Source: a bacterium (GTDB lineage: Bacteria > UBA8248). Taken from it: 64,000 nt of DNA. The notes under the pieces were generated by a model. The model was not told the origin of the DNA and ran no database searches. It saw only the letters and a list, made by a program, of their open reading frames with translations. The position numbers were made by a program, and so were the translations under genes. Below, one piece after another: positions 53,690-62,931 of the stretch; within the stretch, counting starts at the first letter, position 1; each line of letters starts with the position of its first letter. The stretch is from assembly GCA_965221165.1 (NCBI GenBank), contig CBDCRP010000002.1, positions 256,001-320,000 on the forward strand. Direction: 5' to 3'.

Positions 53690-54127
53690 ATGAGCTTTTA
53701 TAACTGGGATATGCTGCCCTTGAGTCATGATCGCCCGGGCGTCGCGCACAGAAGGATTTTTGGCGACAACATCCAGATGCAGCACTTGATCACCGAGCCC
53801 GGCGGCACGCCCTCCAAACTGCACAACCATCCCGATCATGAGGAGTTCTTCTACATCCAGGCGGGCGAATGGGAGTTCACGCTCGAAGACGAGGTGCGGC
53901 GCATAGGCCCTGGCGACGTGGTGCACGTCAAGGCGGGCGCGATGCACACCCTGAGGCTCCTGAGCGATGAGCCGGGGATGGCGCTCGAGGTCTTCTACCC
54001 GATGTGGAATCCCGAACTCGCCGGGAACAAGGAAGATTTTACGATAGACGCCATCAAGAACCGCATGGAATTCGCCGAAGAACCCGACGATATGAACCGG
54101 GGCCGCCCGCCCGGGCACGGGGAATGA
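53690..54127 (+). CDS. Cupin domain protein
   Basis: HNHPDHEEFFYI..G, GD..HV..G.MH; GAAGGAGG RBS. Confidence 0.85.
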   Translation: MSFYNWDMLPLSHDRPGVAHRRIFGDNIQMQHLITEPGGTPSKLHNHPDHEEFFYIQAGEWEFTLEDEVRRIGPGDVVHVKAGAMHTLRLLSDEPGMALEVFYPMWNPELAGNKEDFTIDAIKNRMEFAEEPDDMNRGRPPGHGE

Positions 54128-54198
54128 CGGGGGAGGCTGTTGAAAAAGTCCCCCAAACACAGGGAACGAATTTCTCAATCGACATACGCTTATGAAAC

Positions 54199-54422
54199 CA
54201 CTCCCCCCTTGAGGGTCGGGCTTCCCGAGGGGAAAGCCCGACGGTGAGCTAAGGGCATAAGCCCGCAAGCGAACCGGTTGGGGGTCAAACGCGACCGGTG
54301 AGGGAGCGTTTGTGTTTTTTAAGTCGGGCAGCCCCTCCTTCCTCAGTCCGGGCTGACCCCCCACCGATTCAGCCTTCGCGCAAATCGCTCGGCTTCATCG
54401 ACTCCCCCTCAAGGGGGGAGTG
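54199..54422. mobile_element. MITE/REPIN-like element with 17-bp perfect terminal inverted repeats
   Basis: CACTCCCCCCTTGAGGG (54199-54215) and CCCTCAAGGGGGGAGTG (54406-54422); arm homologous to 10899-10959. Confidence 0.65.
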
Positions 54423-54478
54423 TTGTCTCTCTTCTTCCCGGGCAGCGGATTTTTCGGAATTTCCCCCCTGACGAGCAC

Positions 54479-54520
54479 AAAAAAACAGGCGGCGCCCGTC
54501 GACGCCGCCTGCCGTTTTTT
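54479..54520 (-). terminator. Intrinsic terminator (possibly bidirectional)
   Basis: CAGGCGGCG/CGCCGCCTG stem with A7 on the left and T6 on the right. Confidence 0.8.
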
Positions 54521-54564
54521 GAATTTCCCTCAATGTTCCGTTACAGGTAACACCAAGGGTCGGT

Positions 54565-54660
54565 TTAGGGTTTTTTCAAGACCCTCTTTCTCGAGTGAGC
54601 CGTTTTCAGGACCCTCCGGAGAGAAGTTTCGTAGGCGGAAACTATCAATATCCTTACCAT
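54565..54660 (-). CDS. Putative 31-aa basic small protein MVRILIVSAYETSLRRVLKTAHSRKRVLKKP (or sRNA)
   Basis: AGGAGG RBS shortly before ATG; own promoter and terminator. Confidence 0.5.
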   Translation of the reverse strand: MVRILIVSAYETSLRRVLKTAHSRKRVLKKP

Positions 54661-54688
54661 GACAGCCCTCCTATATGGTTGGGTGCAC

Positions 54689-54717
54689 ATTTTAGTGAAG
54701 CTCCGGGGCGATGTCAA
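54689..54717 (-). promoter_or_regulatory. Near-consensus sigma70 promoter
   Basis: TTGACA (54717-54712), 17-nt spacer, TAAAAT (54694-54689). Confidence 0.75.
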
Positions 54718-54810
54718 GAATTTTCATCCCCAAAATGCCCATAAAATTTTAACTCCATATATTTCAATTTCTTACATATCATATTTCAAGGAGGGCGCCG
54801 CCCCCCGTTC

Positions 54811-55917
54811 CTACGCCTCGATGATGGCGGCGACCACCCCGCCGCCCACCGGACCCTGGTGGAAAACGAGGCCGGCCGAGACGTAGACCGCCGGGTCCTG
54901 CACGACGGAGGCGATGACCGCATTCGCCACCGCGCGCACGGGCCGCGTGCCCAGAACCGAATCCGTGAGCAGCGTGACGCGCTTGTCCAGAAGCCTCCCG
55001 TCCCACGGCGCGCCCGCCTTCGCGAACGCGTGAACCACCCGTTTCAGGTCCTCCTCCCCCGGCAGGCCGTCGAAGGTGAGGCCTGCGTTCTTGAGCGACT
55101 GCCGAACGGCGTCGGCGTCGATCAGATGCTGCATCACCGCGCGGCCGATCTTGTAGCGGCTCACCGATTGTGCGGAGTTCGCCAGCACGACGACTTCCGA
55201 GCGCATGAGTTCCACGCCCGCCGAGCAGGAGATCATCTCAGAATACAGGTCGCCCCGGCTGCACACGTCCGCTATCTCGAACGATGCCCTGTCGATTTCC
55301 CCGAGTCCCACCGCCGCGCCCAGGGCCGAGCAGCCGTTCGAGAGGCTCATCGAGCGCGTGGTGTCCGTGCTCACCACCTTCTTGCCGCGCGAGGCCGCGT
55401 CGTTGATGCGATCCGACGTGAGCAGCGGGCACTTCACCTGCACGTAGCCCACGTCGTCGAGCGAATCCACGCCCGACTTTGCGAGCGCTTCGGTCGCCGC
55501 CTCGGCCACGAGATCGACTTGCGCCATCGTGCCCAGTTCCTCGGGCAGCAGTTCCCGTGTGAAGGCGACTCCCATGGAGAGGCGCTTTTCCCCGGGGCTT
55601 TCGGCCTCGCCCACGTCCGTCTTGGAAATGGCCACCGCGTGGGGACTCATGACCCCCTCGCATCCGCCCGACATCACCATGGCGCACATCCCCTGCACCT
55701 CGGCGCGGGTGAGGCCGAGCGCCTCCATCATGTAGTCCTCGAAGGAATGGAGCGCGTAGGGCCTCGAATAGTCGTTCACCCGGCCGTTGCCCTCCGTCTT
55801 GGCGATGATGGCCTGAATGTCCGCCGCCTGAATCCGGCCCGCCGCCACCGCCTCCGCCAGACCCGAGACGTCCTCGGGTCCCGACATCTGAAACTTCACC
55901 ACCTGGGTATCAAACAT
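54811..55917 (-). CDS. Ring-opening amidohydrolase, cyanuric acid hydrolase (AtzD)/barbiturase family
   Basis: KTEGNGRVNDYSR, SGGCEG.MSPH, QVKCPLLT, SCSAGVE, HQGP.GGG. Confidence 0.93.
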   Translation of the reverse strand: MFDTQVVKFQMSGPEDVSGLAEAVAAGRIQAADIQAIIAKTEGNGRVNDYSRPYALHSFEDYMMEALGLTRAEVQGMCAMVMSGGCEGVMSPHAVAISKTDVGEAESPGEKRLSMGVAFTRELLPEELGTMAQVDLVAEAATEALAKSGVDSLDDVGYVQVKCPLLTSDRINDAASRGKKVVSTDTTRSMSLSNGCSALGAAVGLGEIDRASFEIADVCSRGDLYSEMISCSAGVELMRSEVVVLANSAQSVSRYKIGRAVMQHLIDADAVRQSLKNAGLTFDGLPGEEDLKRVVHAFAKAGAPWDGRLLDKRVTLLTDSVLGTRPVRAVANAVIASVVQDPAVYVSAGLVFHQGPVGGGVVAAIIEA

Positions 55918-56007
55918 AAGTCCACCTCCTCAGTATTCGCCTAAAACCTCTGTGCGCCGCGCCGGTCTCAAAGGCGAGCGGATGTCAAAAGCCATCAAAC
56001 CTCCTCG

Positions 56008-57447
56008 TTATTCGTCAAGGGCGCCCGATGCGCGAGCGCCGTTTGATGCTCCCGGAACCATCAGGCCCGCGCGCTCGACGATGGCCGCGGACGCCGCCTG
56101 CGCCTCTTCGCGAATCGAGCGCTCCTCATCCTCGCTCATTTTGCTCAGACGCCCCGCTTCCATGAGCGGCTCGCCATCCACCCAGACCCACCGCACCTCC
56201 GTTCCGTGGGCCTGATACGCGAGGACCGAGGGCAGATGATGGTTCGGATACATGTGGGGGCCGCTCATATCGAGCAGAATCATGTCCGCCCGCTTGCCGA
56301 CCTCGATGGAGCCAATCTCCTCCTCCAGGCCGAGCGCGCACGCGCCGTTTCGCGTGGCCATGTCGAGCACCTGCTGGGCCGTGATGGCGGCAGGGTCCTG
56401 ATGCACCCCCTTGTGGAGCAGGCACGCCAGCCGTATCTCCCAAAACATGTTGGCCAGGTCGTTGCAATTCGCGTTGTCCGTCCCCAAAGCCACGGGAACC
56501 CCGTAGCCCAGCATCCGGGGCACCGGAGAGACGCCCGAACCCAGATACATGTTGCTCGAGGGGAGATGCACGGCCTGCGTGCCTGATTCCTTGAGGATGC
56601 GTATGTCCTCCTCGCTCAGGTGGATGCAGTGGCCCGCCACCAGGCGCTCCGAGAGCAGCCCCCAGGCCGCCAGGTGCTGCACGACGGGAAGGCCGCCCAC
56701 TTCTGATTCCATCGGGTCCTCCGAGACGTGCGTGGAGACGCGAAGCCCCCGTTTTCCGGCCCATTCGTCCACCTCGCGGAACGTCTCGGGCTTCACGTAG
56801 ACGGGGATGTTCGGCCCCGGCCAGACGAGAACCCGGCCCCCGGCGCGGCCGTGGTATTTATCCACCAGATGAGAAGTCTCCTCGAACACCTCATCTCTGG
56901 TCTTCAAGCTCGGCGGAAAGGTTTTTCCCCAGGCGGCGATGTGGGAGTGCGCCCGCTCCGCCAGCTTCCCTTGGGGCGATATTTCGTTAAAGCTCAAGGC
57001 GAAGACGCTCCGCATCCCGGAATCGTCCATGGCCTCTATCATCGCCTCGGCCAGGGGGATCGGAATGCGCTCGTTCGTCACCACCGCCGTGGTGCCCGAG
57101 CGAATCGCCTCGCACGCGAAGAGCTTGACGGAGAGCGCCGCATCCTCGGGTGAATAGGCCGCCTGGCCGGGCGCCATGACGTTCAGGCGCCAGTCCATCA
57201 ACCGCCTGTCCGCACCCAAGCCGCCCCTGAGCAGAATGCACATGATGTGGCTGTGGGCGTTCACCAGCCCCGGCATGAGGGCCATGCCTTCGCCGTCGAC
57301 CACCCGCGCTGCGCCTGCGCTTATCCTGGACGTCGAAATCTCGGCGACCCGGCCATCCTCGACCAGCACGGACGCGCGCCCGATGACGTCTCGCGTCTCG
57401 TTCTGGGTGAGGACGCAGGCGTTTTCGACCACGAAACGACCCGACAT
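56008..57447 (-). CDS. Metal-dependent amidohydrolase closely resembling AtzA/TriA (s-triazine hydrolase-like)
   Basis: NAHSH, ILLRGG, YHGRAGGRVLVWPGP, HVSE, SNMYLGSGVSPVP, GTDNANCND, IGSIEVGKRAD. Confidence 0.88.
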   Translation of the reverse strand: MSGRFVVENACVLTQNETRDVIGRASVLVEDGRVAEISTSRISAGAARVVDGEGMALMPGLVNAHSHIMCILLRGGLGADRRLMDWRLNVMAPGQAAYSPEDAALSVKLFACEAIRSGTTAVVTNERIPIPLAEAMIEAMDDSGMRSVFALSFNEISPQGKLAERAHSHIAAWGKTFPPSLKTRDEVFEETSHLVDKYHGRAGGRVLVWPGPNIPVYVKPETFREVDEWAGKRGLRVSTHVSEDPMESEVGGLPVVQHLAAWGLLSERLVAGHCIHLSEEDIRILKESGTQAVHLPSSNMYLGSGVSPVPRMLGYGVPVALGTDNANCNDLANMFWEIRLACLLHKGVHQDPAAITAQQVLDMATRNGACALGLEEEIGSIEVGKRADMILLDMSGPHMYPNHHLPSVLAYQAHGTEVRWVWVDGEPLMEAGRLSKMSEDEERSIREEAQAASAAIVERAGLMVPGASNGARASGALDE

Positions 57448-57591
57448 GGAGAAATCCTCCGGTTGGTGTATCTCCCAGAATACGACAAACAGGGGGATTT
57501 GAATATCTCCACTGGAAGCCGCGCCTTGCCAGAGAGGGAAAAGAGCATTATTAGTGTGAGAGAAAACCCGACATCCCGAGGAGAGACGCCG

Positions 57592-57987
57592 ATGTCCAAA
57601 ATCAAATTCCTGCAACACTTCAGCCTCTATTGCCGGGATTTACCGGCCATGCACAAGTTCTACAACGAAGTCCTGGAGCTGCCCGAAATGCCCCGCCCGC
57701 ACTTTCCGTTCCCGGGCTATTGGTTCGAGGCGGGAGAAGACCACCAGATCCACCTCGCCAAGGTGAGCGACACGCACGTGTCCCACTCCATCAGCGACAA
57801 CGAAGACAGCTACATGGACCACCACTTCGGGATGGTGACGGAGGATTTGGACGGCATAAAAGAGAGGCTTAAGAAACACGGCGTCGAATTTCACGACGAG
57901 CCTTACGGATATCCGCAAATCTTTTTCAGGGACCCGGAGAACAACCTCATCGAGGTCGCATCCACGGCGATGTTCGAGATGGAATAA
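57592..57987 (+). CDS. VOC/glyoxalase family protein
   Basis: LQHFSL, RPHFPFPGYWF, QIHL, HHFG, QIFFRDPENNLIE; GAGGAG RBS. Confidence 0.88.
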   Translation: MSKIKFLQHFSLYCRDLPAMHKFYNEVLELPEMPRPHFPFPGYWFEAGEDHQIHLAKVSDTHVSHSISDNEDSYMDHHFGMVTEDLDGIKERLKKHGVEFHDEPYGYPQIFFRDPENNLIEVASTAMFEME

Positions 57988-58123
57988 GGCGCGCGGGCAT
58001 GAGCAAACGCTCGCTCCGCCGTGATCCCCCCATCCGCTCCGGGCCGGGAAGTCCACCCACACACACGGGAGCGTCATCGTTTCCCCATCCCGGGTTGTTT
58101 CGACGTTTCTTGGAGACCAAGCC

Positions 58124-58531
58124 ATGCCATTTCAAAAATTCCGCACCACACGGGTCACCGCCGGGGCGGGCAGCTACTCCCAGGCCCTTCTCGCCGGCAA
58201 GACGCTCTATCTCGCGGGCCAGAAGGGAGAGGGGCTCGACGGAACTCCGCACGCACGCGGCGACGCCGCGGCCCAGGCACGCCAGGCGTGCGAGAACATC
58301 CGCCGGCTTCTCGAGGAGGCCGGCGGCGACCTCTCCCACGTCGTGAAGCTCACGAACTACATTACCGACAGGGCGTACCGCAAACCCGTCTACGAGGTCA
58401 TCGCGGAATACTTCGGCCCCTATGCGCCTGCGAGCACGGGCGTAATCGTGGACGGCCTGGCTTCAGAGGATTTTCTCGTGGAAATCGACGCCACCGCTTA
58501 CATCCCCCAGGCGGGGGAGAACCACGTTTGA
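58124..58531 (+). CDS. RidA/YjgF family protein
   Basis: YSQA, LYLAGQ, QARQACENI, PASTGVIV.GLA, LVEIDATA. Confidence 0.88.
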   Translation: MPFQKFRTTRVTAGAGSYSQALLAGKTLYLAGQKGEGLDGTPHARGDAAAQARQACENIRRLLEEAGGDLSHVVKLTNYITDRAYRKPVYEVIAEYFGPYAPASTGVIVDGLASEDFLVEIDATAYIPQAGENHV

Positions 58532-58622
58532 GTAATGGGCCCTAAAAGGGCAGAATAAGGACACAGACAGACCAATCAGTGAAGCAGCCCATAAGGCTGA
58601 ATCCTTTTAGAGGAGACGGATC

Positions 58623-60209
58623 ATGACCGAATCTTTCGATGGATTGTTCATCGGCGGCGGGCACAACAGCCTGGTATGCGCCGCCTATATGGCCAAAGCC
58701 GGGAAAAAAGTAGCCGTTCTGGAACGCTCCGACGTCGCCGGCGGGGGCTGCTGCACGCACGAAGTCACCCTCCCGGGATTCAAGCACAACCTGCATTCGA
58801 ACTATTACGTGGGTCTGGACAGAAGCCCCATCCTGCGCGATCTGGAACTCCACGAATACGGCTTCAGCCTCATCTTCCCGGAGTTTCAGCAAGGCTGCAT
58901 CTTCAGCGACGAATCGGCGTTCGTCATCCACCGCGACGTCGAGAAGACCGTCAAGTCGATCGAGCGCATCAACAGAAACGACGCGAGAACCTACCGCGAC
59001 CTCCACGTCAAATTCACCGAGGGGATGCTCGACATCATCACCTCCTTCATGTACTGCGCCCCCCTGCCGCCCGAGGAGCTGAAAGAGCGCTTCGCGGGGC
59101 CGCTGGGCCGTGAATTCCTGAGCTATGCGGACCTGAGCATGTACGAGGCAGTCGACCAGCATTTCGAGGACGACAGGCTGCGCGTGCTGTTCAAGCTCTT
59201 TCTCGGCTCCTTCACCCTGGTGAACACGCCTTCGACCGGCTTATTCTTCCCGAGAATCTTCTCGCGCATCGCGAATTTCGCCCTGCCCGTGGGTGGGTCG
59301 GTGAACTTCTCGCGCGCTCTGGAGCGCGTCGTCGAGCGCGGGGGCGGCAAGGTGCTGACCAACTCCGAGGTCCGCGAAATCACGGTCGAAAGCGGGGACG
59401 CCACCGGCGTCATCCTGGAGGACGGCACCCGCATCGATGCCACCGAGTTCGTGGCGAGCGGGGTGAACTGGCCGCTCACGGTGCGCCTGGCCGGGGAGGA
59501 TTATTTCGGGGGCAGGCTCTCCAAGGCGGCGCTCGAGTTCCAGTGGGCGAGCCACGGGCTTTGCACCATCCACCTGGCGCTCAAGGAAGCGCCCGACTTC
59601 AAGGCCGCGAAATACGAGCCCGACATCAACAAGACGTTCAACATCTTCTGGGGCGCGGACTCGACCGAGGAGATCACCGAGTGCTTCGACACGATACACG
59701 AGGGCGAACTGCCCCGGCTCATGGGCAACGGCGGGAGCAACAGCCATTTCGACCCGACCTACTCGCCCGAGGGCACGCACGTGGGCTACTGGTGGCCGTT
59801 TGCGCCCTATGAGCTCAAAGACGGCGGGGCCGAGGCGTGGGACACGAAGCGCGAGGAATACACCGAGCACTTCATCGACTCCTGGACGCCCTATGCGCCC
59901 AACATCAACCACGACAACATCATGGGCAGCTATCTCTATACGCCGCTCGACATCGTGCGCATGAACCCGAACTTCGTACGCGCCAGCCACCACGTGGGCG
60001 CCTACATTCCAGAACAACTGGGCTACAACCGCCCGCACCCGGAGGTGAGCGACTTCCGCACGCCTATCGGAAAACTCTACCTGTGCGGTTCGAGTTCCCA
60101 CGTGGGCGGCGCGGTCACGGGGGCTCCCGGCTACAACTGCGCGAACGCGATAGCCGAGGATCTGGGAGTCGAGCGCTTCTGGGCGCCCGTCGAAGCCATG
60201 ATGGCCTGA
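58623..60209 (+). CDS. FAD-dependent oxidoreductase, phytoene-dehydrogenase-like
   Basis: IGGGHNSLVCAAY, GGGC.T.E, RTPIGKLYLCGSSSH.GG.VTGAPGYN. Confidence 0.88.
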   Translation: MTESFDGLFIGGGHNSLVCAAYMAKAGKKVAVLERSDVAGGGCCTHEVTLPGFKHNLHSNYYVGLDRSPILRDLELHEYGFSLIFPEFQQGCIFSDESAFVIHRDVEKTVKSIERINRNDARTYRDLHVKFTEGMLDIITSFMYCAPLPPEELKERFAGPLGREFLSYADLSMYEAVDQHFEDDRLRVLFKLFLGSFTLVNTPSTGLFFPRIFSRIANFALPVGGSVNFSRALERVVERGGGKVLTNSEVREITVESGDATGVILEDGTRIDATEFVASGVNWPLTVRLAGEDYFGGRLSKAALEFQWASHGLCTIHLALKEAPDFKAAKYEPDINKTFNIFWGADSTEEITECFDTIHEGELPRLMGNGGSNSHFDPTYSPEGTHVGYWWPFAPYELKDGGAEAWDTKREEYTEHFIDSWTPYAPNINHDNIMGSYLYTPLDIVRMNPNFVRASHHVGAYIPEQLGYNRPHPEVSDFRTPIGKLYLCGSSSHVGGAVTGAPGYNCANAIAEDLGVERFWAPVEAMMA

Positions 60210-60254
60210 AGATGAAGATTTGATTTTCGGTTCACGAGGAAAGGACAAAATTTC

Positions 60255-60965
60255 ATGGAACTGATCGACCTCTCACAAACAGTGGCGGCGGGTGGATTCG
60301 AGCGTCCGTTCCACCCCAAGGTGGCGATTGAGCCGATGATGACGCACGAGGAATCCTCCAAGAAATTTCTGGGGAAATTCTCCTTCGCGGCCATGAAGCT
60401 CACGCTTTCGGATCACACCGGAAGCCACGTGGACGCACTGAACCATTACGTGCCCGGAGACGCCCCCTCCATCGACCGGTTGCCGCTCGAGCGCTTCTAT
60501 TCGAGCGCGATTTGCGTGGATTTCTCGGACATAGCGCCCAAGACCTACATCGAAACGGCGGACATCGAGCGCGAACTCGATAATCACGGACTCTCCATCG
60601 AGGAGGGCGACGCCTTCTTGTACCACACGGGCCATTTTGAGAAGTGCTTCAAGAACCCCGACCCCGATGTATGGTGGAAAGAATTTGCAGGACTGAGCCG
60701 GCCCGCCACCGAGTATCTCGCCGATCACGGGGTGCGCAACATCGGCTGTGAGGCGTTTACGATAGAAAACCCCACGCAGATGTTCCCCGAATCGGAAGAG
60801 CCCTACCCCTCCCATCAGGTGTGCAAGGAACGGGGGATGCTCAACACGGAGAATCTGGTGATTCCCAGGCGTCTGGTGGGCAGACGCTTCACCTTTTTGT
60901 GCCTGCCCATCAAGCTCAAGGACGCCACGGGCTCGCCGGTGCGCGCCGTGGCGGTGCTGGACTGA
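60255..60965 (+). CDS. Cyclase family (kynurenine formamidase/isatin hydrolase-like) metallohydrolase
   Basis: IDLS, HTGSHVDA, ENL, LPIKLKDATGSPVRAVA. Confidence 0.9.
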   Translation: MELIDLSQTVAAGGFERPFHPKVAIEPMMTHEESSKKFLGKFSFAAMKLTLSDHTGSHVDALNHYVPGDAPSIDRLPLERFYSSAICVDFSDIAPKTYIETADIERELDNHGLSIEEGDAFLYHTGHFEKCFKNPDPDVWWKEFAGLSRPATEYLADHGVRNIGCEAFTIENPTQMFPESEEPYPSHQVCKERGMLNTENLVIPRRLVGRRFTFLCLPIKLKDATGSPVRAVAVLD

Positions 60966-60966
60966 T

Positions 60967-61857
60967 CTAGAGGCCGAAGCCGAAGAGCGCGTTCGCGTTG
61001 CCGAAGGCGGCCTTTTCGATCTCCGCCTCGGTGACGCCTCCCCGGCGCATGGCGCGAATCGCCCGGGGGATGCAGTAGAGGTCGTTCGACGTATAGGGGA
61101 TGAGGTCCGAGTTGAGCATCATGCGCCCTGCCCCATGGCGCTTCACCCAATCCACGACGGCGGATGGGGGAATCGGGCGAAGCCGGCTGCCGAGGCTCGT
61201 CGCGCACCACGCGCCCGTCTGTTCGTGAACGAAATCCACTATCGTCTCATCCACGTGGTCGACCACGAGCAGCGCGTGGTCTAACCCTGCCGCGTCGATG
61301 ACTTCCAGATCCATCTTCAGGTAATGGAGCCTGAATTCCTCGGGCGAAACGTCTCCCTGCGTGTCCACGCCGCCCAGGAATTCCTTTGGGTTCTTGTACG
61401 TGGGCGTGTGAAGAATCAGGGGCATTTTAAGCTCCGCCGCAATGCGCGCCTGCGCCTCCAGGCACCTGGCCTGATCTTCCAGACCCCAGGAAAATCCGAA
61501 ATACTGGCCCGGATCGAGACCCACCTCGCCCAGGGCGGCCACCCGCGCGTTCTCCAGATAGCCGGGGAGCGCGTCGATGAGCCTCTCCCAGCCCTCCACC
61601 CGCGTCATCGAACTCACGCCCACGGCGCACATGGCGCGAATATGGTGTTTGGCTTCGGCGGCTTCGGCCATCTTGAGCGGGCTGTCCCAAAGCCTTCGCA
61701 CGTCGTCTGCTCCGGGCGCGCGCCTCCATATCTCGCGGTGCACGTGGGGGTTCCCGCACGAGAGAACCGCGCCCGCCATCCCGCACATTCCCTGGAGTTC
61801 CCAGTCGTCGAAACTGAACCCATGCAGGTGATTGTGGCTGTCGATGAACCTGTCCAT
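60967..61857 (-). CDS. TatD-like metal-dependent hydrolase
   Basis: IDSHNH, ALGEVGLD, LHTP, VDH, MLNSD. Confidence 0.8.
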   Translation of the reverse strand: MDRFIDSHNHLHGFSFDDWELQGMCGMAGAVLSCGNPHVHREIWRRAPGADDVRRLWDSPLKMAEAAEAKHHIRAMCAVGVSSMTRVEGWERLIDALPGYLENARVAALGEVGLDPGQYFGFSWGLEDQARCLEAQARIAAELKMPLILHTPTYKNPKEFLGGVDTQGDVSPEEFRLHYLKMDLEVIDAAGLDHALLVVDHVDETIVDFVHEQTGAWCATSLGSRLRPIPPSAVVDWVKRHGAGRMMLNSDLIPYTSNDLYCIPRAIRAMRRGGVTEAEIEKAAFGNANALFGFGL

Positions 61858-61858
61858 A

Positions 61859-62650
61859 TCAAGCCTCTGGCTTTCTCGCCAAAAACACATAGCGGTTGAG
61901 ACTGAAGAAATACTCCCCGCGTTCGCCCAGCGCCATCAAATCCTCCGCCCAGGCTTTCGCCTCTTCCTTCGCCACCCCGCCCTTGCGAATGATGAACGGC
62001 ACGATGACGCTCACCATGGCGTGGCTGTAGTTCTCCGCAGGATACCCCGTATTGAGGAGGGGCAAAACCCTTAAGTCTACAATCTCGAATCCAGCGCGGT
62101 GCAGCAGGGGCGATAATTTTCGGGGCAAATGGGGGTCCGCCAGATGTACGTCCCATGCGGTGAATATCTTCTTCGCGCGCGCGGCGTCCTGCACGTTCCA
62201 CACGAGCGAACCCCAATCGGTATCCATGATGAGGGCGCGGCCGCCGGGCCTCAGAACGCGAAAAAGCTCCGCCAGGGCGGTTTCCATATCGAGGACGTAT
62301 TCATAGACTTGAGAGATGATGGCCGCATCGAAGTCATCATCCTCAAAAGGAAGGCTCACCGCATCGCCTTCCCGGAACGACGCGTGCGGCTGCGATTCGC
62401 ACCGCGCTTCGGCCAGGGCGAGCATGGGCGCGCTTTTATCCACGCCGAAAACAGCGCCCGCCTCCCCCACCATCCGCGCGGCTTCCAGCGTCATGAAACC
62501 GGGGCCTGCGCCCAAATCGAGCACGCGCTCGCCCGGCAGGGGAGCGATCATCTCCAGAAGGGCGTCGCGCTGCGCGACGACGTCCGCCGTCGTGTAGACG
62601 GCCTCCACGCGCCTGGCCGCTTTCTCATCAAATCCGGGGGGCTGACTCAT
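61859..62650 (-). CDS. Class I SAM-dependent methyltransferase
   Basis: VLDLGAGPG, GDAVSLPFEDDDFD, RVLRPGGR, DTDW. Confidence 0.9.
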   Translation of the reverse strand: MSQPPGFDEKAARRVEAVYTTADVVAQRDALLEMIAPLPGERVLDLGAGPGFMTLEAARMVGEAGAVFGVDKSAPMLALAEARCESQPHASFREGDAVSLPFEDDDFDAAIISQVYEYVLDMETALAELFRVLRPGGRALIMDTDWGSLVWNVQDAARAKKIFTAWDVHLADPHLPRKLSPLLHRAGFEIVDLRVLPLLNTGYPAENYSHAMVSVIVPFIIRKGGVAKEEAKAWAEDLMALGERGEYFFSLNRYVFLARKPEA

Positions 62651-62931
62651 ACGCCGATTTCTCTCATCCCACAGATGTCATGAATGAAAGGCCCAAGTGT
62701 CCTCGCCCGCGCCGGGGGAAGTCAAGCGCTTCGGGCGTCTTCAACAACAAGGGATTTCCTCATCACGGGGCGTCTCGTGTGAGAAATCCTCCAAAATGAG
62801 GACAGGAAACCGAGCGGAGCGCCCTCCCCTTTTCGCTCGGATGGGCCGCTCGGCATTGACGCGCATTTTCCCCTGAACCTATAAGCCTAGTGAAAGTATT
62901 TTTCGCATTCTCCGTCATCAATGGAAGTCTC

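Noticed and set aside
58623-60209. Carotenoid biosynthesis (crtI) call
   Set aside because: No crtB/crtE neighbours; the motif pattern fits the broader catabolic phytoene-dehydrogenase-like family
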